Below, one piece after another: positions 53,896-64,000 of a stretch of 64,000 nt of DNA. This DNA comes from Octopus vulgaris (taxonomy: Eukaryota). A program made the translations under genes and the position numbers. The stretch lies in the NCBI GenBank assembly GCA_951406725.2, contig OX597834.1:46128001-46192000 (forward strand). The letters are read 5' to 3'. Positions within the stretch are counted from its first letter, which is position 1; each line of letters starts with the position of its first letter. The notes beneath the pieces were generated by a model, which had not been told where the DNA came from, did no database searches, and saw only the letters and a list, made by a program, of their open reading frames with translations.

Positions 53896-54128
53896 GGCGG
53901 CGAGCTGGCAGAAACGTTAGCACGCCGGGCGAAATGCGTAGCCGTATTTCGTTTGCCGTTACGTTCTGGGTTCAAATTCCGCCGCGGTCGACTTTGCCTT
54001 TCATCCTTTCGGGGTCGATAAATTAAGTACCAGTTACGCACTGGGGTCGATGTAATCAACCTAATCTGTTTGTCTGTCCTTGTGTGTCCCCTCTGTATTT
54101 AGCCCCTTGTGGGTAGTAAAAAAATAGG
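53896..54128 (+). mobile_element. tRNA-derived SINE family A (MetaSINE-like central domain), full length with TSD
   Basis: GGCGGCGAGCTGGCAGAAACGTTAGC head, GTTCAAATTCC B-box, GTCGACTTTGCCTTTCATCCTTTCGGGGTCGATAAA domain. A 14-bp TSD with one mismatch, TATTA/GGCACAATTT, is at 53879-53892 and 54129-54142. Confidence 0.9.
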
Positions 54129-54537
54129 TATTGGCACAATTTGCTGCTGCTAGTTATATTTCGTGCTTCCGTGATCGAATTCTCCTTACACCTGACACTT
54201 TCAATGTGGTTGTCGGTGTTGTCATTGGTTTTGCTACTCCACTTCCTCCTACCACTATCATTTACAGCTAGAGTGAGTGGGAGTGAGTGATGGCATATCC
54301 TCCCACTTCCCTCTCTATTTGACTCTCTGACAAAGATCACTACGCCATATTAAATTTTGAAAGGAAAACCTTTTTTACAAGTTATTTTTGCCCAGCAAGG
54401 CAAAAAACAAAAATAATAATAACACTGTTAATCAGACCAATGTGAAGATAAAATGTAACAATAACAAACTTTTTTAAAGGTGAACAAGGCACATATTTAT
54501 GGAGCTCCGAAATACACGTCCAGCTCTGGCGACGATG

Positions 54538-54552
54538 ATAATAATAATTACA

Positions 54553-54614
<62 letters not shown>

Positions 54615-54618
54615 CAAC

Positions 54619-54690
<72 letters not shown>

Positions 54691-54696
54691 AAGAAG

Positions 54697-54728
<32 letters not shown>

Positions 54729-54752
54729 GAACAACAACAACAACAACAACAA
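54538..54752 (+). repeat. (AAT)n-(AAG)n-(AAC)n compound array
   Basis: Direct inspection. Confidence 0.97.
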
Positions 54753-55364
54753 AACAACAAAAGCAACAATCAAACAACCTCAACAAAATCAAGAAAAACA
54801 AGAATTTATTTCTTAGCCACAAAGCCTCCCGCCTACGAATAACACCTGAGGATATGGAGCTGACGAAATGGAAACATTTTTGAAGATGAGGCTCGAATTA
54901 AAGACGTTTCCAATCGATGTATTCAAATTTGATATAAATTAATAAAGCACAATAAAGCTATATAAATAAAAACATCAGTAAATAATTGAAACAAAAAATA
55001 TAGGTTGGAAAGTGTTGTCGCGTTTGAAGATGAGAAACAAACAAAGGATTTTTTGGTCTTAATTGATATATTTAATCAAGATAATATTTTCCCCATTAAC
55101 ATAATCCCATCTATTCAGTATATTGCTAATCCTCTGTACTTGATATTCTTCAGATATCGAAGCAAAGAAGCACTCAATATCATTTTTAGGCGCTTCATAA
55201 TTAACGAACTGTTTTCCTTCTAAATAAAGTTGCACTGATCTGAAAAGATGATTACCTCCGCCTCTGGAGAATGCCTCGCAATTTCCGAATGGCAATTAAG
55301 AGAGGTTCCACTTGAAAAGGGGAGATAATCAGAATAATCAAAATGTCTCCAAAACTAACATACC

Positions 55365-55485
55365 GATTTCTTTACTACCCACAAGGGGCTAAACACAGAG
55401 GGGATAGACAAGGACAGACAAAGGGATTCTGTCGATTACATCGATCCCAGTGCGTAACTGGTACTTAATTTATCGACCCCGATAA
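55365..55485 (-). mobile_element. Family A SINE 3' half
   Basis: TTTCTTTACTACCCACAAGGGGCTAAACACAGAG...GGTACTTAATTTATCGACCCCGA. Confidence 0.8.
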
Positions 55486-55492
55486 ATGTATC

Positions 55493-55569
<77 letters not shown>

Positions 55570-55597
55570 GTATGTATATATGTATATATATATATAT

Positions 55598-55701
<104 letters not shown>

Positions 55702-55727
55702 GTGGGCGTGTGTGTATGAAGTGAAAG

Positions 55728-55768
<41 letters not shown>

Positions 55769-56019
55769 CAGAATGAGACAGACAGAAAGAAAGTGGGTGG
55801 GGCAAAGAGGTATGTATATCAGAATCAACATTACAATATGCTACAATTACGATTGTCACCAGTAGGCTTCTTCCGTCTCTGCATACGTAAAGCCTCCACC
55901 AATGATACTGAGGACAGACGGATTGTCTGACAAGAGAGACACCACCACTACACGAAGACGGCGACGAGATGGAACTCTGATTTAGACAACCAGCATTTGT
56001 AATTCCATATATGTGTATG

Positions 56020-56172
<153 letters not shown>

Positions 56173-56271
56173 CACTATCTAGAATAATGATAAGAATCAT
56201 TGCAAAACATGATAATGATAATGATAATAACAATAATGATACTATAATTATTAATATTATTATTGTTATTA

Positions 56272-56310
<39 letters not shown>

Positions 56311-57141
56311 GTATTATTGTTATTTTTCTTATTATTATTATTATTATTTTTCTTATTATTATTATTATTATTATTATTATTTTATATTATTATTGTTATT
56401 ATAGCAATAATAATAATCACTACAATAAAAACGATAACAGCTAAAACGACAACGACAGTCGTGTGATAACATCAGAAACAGTGTGAAAAGAAGAGAAGGG
56501 TTGGTAGGTGTAGTAGCAGTGGTACTTTGCTGTTGTCGATAGTGGTAGTGTTGTTGTGGTGTTCAGGGTTGTCCTGATGATGAGCCGGTGGTGGTATTGG
56601 CGGGGTTTAGTGATGTTGTTGGACGGTAATATACAAAAAGAATTTCTTTGTTAATGTGGTTGTTTTTTTTTTCTTAATTTTTTTTTTATTTGTACTGATG
56701 TTGTATGTTTCAATATATATCCAAAGTCAAAAGTGTTTGTTGGTAGTTTCGATGTTGTCATTGTTATAGTTGTCGACGGTGAATGTTGTCGTTGATTCTA
56801 TTGTTATTGGTGTCAGTGATGGTGGTGGTGGTGGGTGGTGGTCGTCGTCGTCGTCGTGGTGGAAGCAGGGATGATGGTGGTGGTGCTGCTGGTGCTGCTA
56901 GTGGTGCTGGTGGTCGGGTGATGGTGATTTTCATTCAGATACAAACACCCACGCTGAAGAAAACTATGACGATATATGCAGAGGAAATATCTATAGGAGT
57001 TGAGAGATGCGACGTAGAGTAGAGAGAGATGTTCTCGCAGACAGATAAACGGAAACGAAGAAACACAAATAAACAACTGCATATATATGTGTGTGTGGAG
57101 GTAGGTAGGTATATAGTAGGTATATGCGTGCTTGTGTGTAC

Positions 57142-57207
<66 letters not shown>

Positions 57208-57363
57208 TATATGCATAACCATATTTATATTAATACACATCTATTTACATATACTTATGAATATATAAGTACTTGTGTGAAATTGTGATTGTTTGTGGTT
57301 GCATATTAATATAAACACTATATTAGCACAACAAAGAGCGTGTATATATATATATATATATAT

Positions 57364-57404
<41 letters not shown>

Positions 57405-57748
57405 CATCTATGCATATATGAGTCTATGCGTTCGCATATTAATATAAACACTATATTAACAGAACAAAAAGCAATTTCAAAGCACTTGTAAATAACAATT
57501 CACCAGAGAAAACAAAAACAAGTACGTTTACACATTGGTGGATAAATACATATAAGAATGAATAAGAATGAATAAATACACATGCAACCAAACACACGCG
57601 CCAGCCCTGTTCACACTCACTCCCACTCCACCTACACACACTTCTATTATATAAATAGATAGATCGAACGATAGATACACATATTGACTGAAAGGGTTAG
57701 ATAGATAGATAGATAGATAGATAAACAGAGACAGACATGCAGGCAGAC

Positions 57749-57808
<60 letters not shown>

Positions 57809-57888
57809 CGAAGAACAGACAGATAGATAGATACATACATACATAAATACATACATACATACATACATAGATTGATAGGCAGACAGAC

Positions 57889-57962
<74 letters not shown>

Positions 57963-58002
57963 ACAGAGACAGACATGCAGGCAGACAGACAGACAGACAA
58001 AC

Positions 58003-58057
<55 letters not shown>

Positions 58058-58694
58058 AAGAGATAGAGAGAACGAGATTTCCAATATGTTCTCATAGCCT
58101 AGGAACCCCAGCAATAATAGCAGAATGGTCAAAGTTGGCTGATTTACCTGATCAGCCATGTCTGACAACTATTTTATTTTTACTGTTTTTCGACAAAGAG
58201 CATTTAGTTCTTCGATCAACTGAATTACCTCCCCTTGAATTCACCTCCTCTCGACTGACTGAGTATTCCGCCGACACAGGTGCCATTATCGTCACTGTAT
58301 GAGACAAGAGTGTATCTCCTGAATTCTAGGTACAATCCGTCCGGCTGTCTTTCACACCATGTCCGTCAACTCAATTTCTGTAATGAGATGTATTTTGCCG
58401 CAACAATTTCGAAAATGGCATATGCCCAAGATACCACGCGATGGGATCGAACCGCAGACCTCATGATGGTTAAACGAAATAATTAACTATTCAGTCATAC
58501 AACGTCTTTCTATCTCCCTATTCTCTCTGCCCTTCTCTCTCTCACTCACTCTCCTCTCTGCTTATATATATATATATATTTAAAAAAGATGTGGAACACG
58601 AGTTGTGATATATAAAAAAGGAAATGAAGAAATGAAGAGGAAATGAAGAGGAAAAAATCTATCAGAAAGTAACTCTATCTCTCTTAAAAAAACA

Positions 58695-58734
58695 TCTTTT
58701 GATAAGCATAACAAATGCGCAACCGGTAAAAAGA
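58695..58734 (+). ncRNA. Decayed minimal hammerhead motif
   Basis: TCTT-TTGATAA-GCAT-AACAA-ATGC-GCAA-CCGG-TA-AAAAGA. The geometry is intact but the core carries three substitutions. Confidence 0.5.
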
Positions 58735-59105
58735 ACTTTCACCTAATTAAATTATTTAAATTACTTAAATTATTTTGTCAGCATTTTCTTCATTTCCTTT
58801 TTTATATATATATATATATATACAGAGAGAGAGAGAGCGAGAGAATCACAGAGAGGGAGAGAGAGAGGGAGAGTTCGAATTTACAGAAAGCAAAAGGCGA
58901 AGACAAATGAAGGAACAACAAATAGGTCTATTAGTATGACGCTCGGGAAGAATGGAAAAGTTTTCGACGTTTCGAGCCTAGGCACTTCGACAGAAAGTAT
59001 TCAGAAGAAACAAAGGAAAGAAAACGAAAAAAATAAAACGGAGCGAGATAGATTGTGTAGGGTTATATATATGTATGTATGTATGTATATATATGTATGT
59101 ATGTA

Positions 59106-59147
<42 letters not shown>

Positions 59148-59869
59148 AACTGGAGCCCCTATCATCCGTTGCGAGGATAGGGCTTCCAGTTGATCCGATG
59201 AACGGAACAGCCTGCTCTTGAAATTAACGTGCAAGTAGCTGAGCCCTCGACAGACACTCGGACTCTTAAGGCAGTTCTCAAGAATATTCTGTGTGGCACT
59301 TAGTGGGACAAATCTGATCCCCTTAATTATACGGAATGGAGCATCGTGAAATGAATAGTCTTCCCAATGGAACACGCGTACACACACACACACAGAATAC
59401 ATATATACGTAAATATATATATTCTTATACGTTTGATTCCTAATGTTGTGGCCAAGCTAGTGCAGTGCCAGGATATCATGTATGTGTGTGTTTGTATGTG
59501 TGTGTTTGTATGTGTGTGTTTGTATGTGTGTGTATGTGTGTGTGTGCTTGTGTGTGTTGGTGCTTGCATATGTTTCTATGTGAGACGGCATGTGCATGTG
59601 TAATTGTGTCCAATATCAATTCCAACCCAGAATCTTTTCTATAGAATTGCAATCCCTAGTTACCCAATTCAACTGACTACCATAAATAAAATACTCTTCT
59701 AACAAGTAGCGTCTTCTCGTCTGCTGACATGTCTACTGCTGTCTAACACTATCCCCAGTAAATATCTGTCAATATGTTGGTGACACTGATAACATTCACA
59801 TAATTTCTATCATTTATATTAAGCCTCTCACTCAGATGTTATATGATTAAATACAAGAACAGACACACA

Positions 59870-63340
<3,471 letters not shown>

Positions 63341-64000
63341 TTTCTATATATCCAAGCTTCGGTCTGTGTGCTAATGTTATGCGCTTACACTTGAGTGAAG
63401 CCTATGCATTTCATTGTCTCTATGTAAATATAAATCTATCTGCCCAAATATACGCTCACGCGCGCACACACGCACCTAACCCCCCCCCCCTGCACAACAC
63501 ACACAAGCGCACGTACATATTGGTATTGTATTCGTTGGCGGAAGCACACAAGCACACAACATACACAATACACATAACTACCAACTACACACCACAAACA
63601 ACACCACCCACCATGCACACACACACACACACACAGACGCACATACACACACAGCTGACACCAAATCGAGAAATAATAATGATCGATATTGTCGTGATGC
63701 TTAGAGTGTCAATCCCAAACATTCTTGTGTTCTTCACACTTGCCATGATCGGCTGTTCCATCAAATTCGTCATCTTCCTACTTCATCTCTTCGATATATC
63801 TTACAAACACAGCTGCACAAGAGTGTATCAGCTGTCGTTGGAACGTAAGCACAGTTAACGGAACAGCCTAATTTAGCGTGACTGACTTCTCCGGCTTTGA
63901 ACAGGAGATTAGTGATCTATGGTGTTAATGTTATTGTATTTCTTTATTCTTTTATTTTGTTATTCTCCTTTTCCTTCAATACCTTCAGTCTTTGGCTTGC

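Noticed and set aside
53400-54059. 219-aa minus ORF
   Set aside because: The N-terminal part is an antisense SINE translation; the remainder may be a decayed LINE fragment but has no diagnostic motif.

Overview
AT-rich, extremely microsatellite-dense eukaryotic DNA. The tRNA-derived SINE families and repeat landscape fit a coleoid cephalopod, probably Octopus (inferred from sequence style, not verified). Almost every ORF in the supplied track is a translation of simple repeats. One credible host coding exon is visible: a 70-nt minus-strand first exon (34216-34147) encoding a signal peptide and ending at a phase-1 GT donor, so bases 1-34146 are probably intron. The rest consists of several SINE families, a fossil Naiad-type Penelope-like retroelement (about 16.0-17.8 kb), a fossil DD37D/maT-like transposon (about 41-42 kb), MITE/foldback elements and minisatellites. 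The main hidden signal is that several short islands embedded in (TA)n microsatellites carry minimal type I hammerhead ribozyme motifs with palindromic stem III. The best case (48.26-49.37 kb) is a near-identical inverted-plus-tandem array of a 535-nt ORF-less monomer with an intact hammerhead core, i.e. a candidate retrozyme-like non-autonomous Penelope-type element. All alignments and folds were done by eye and repeat boundaries are approximate.
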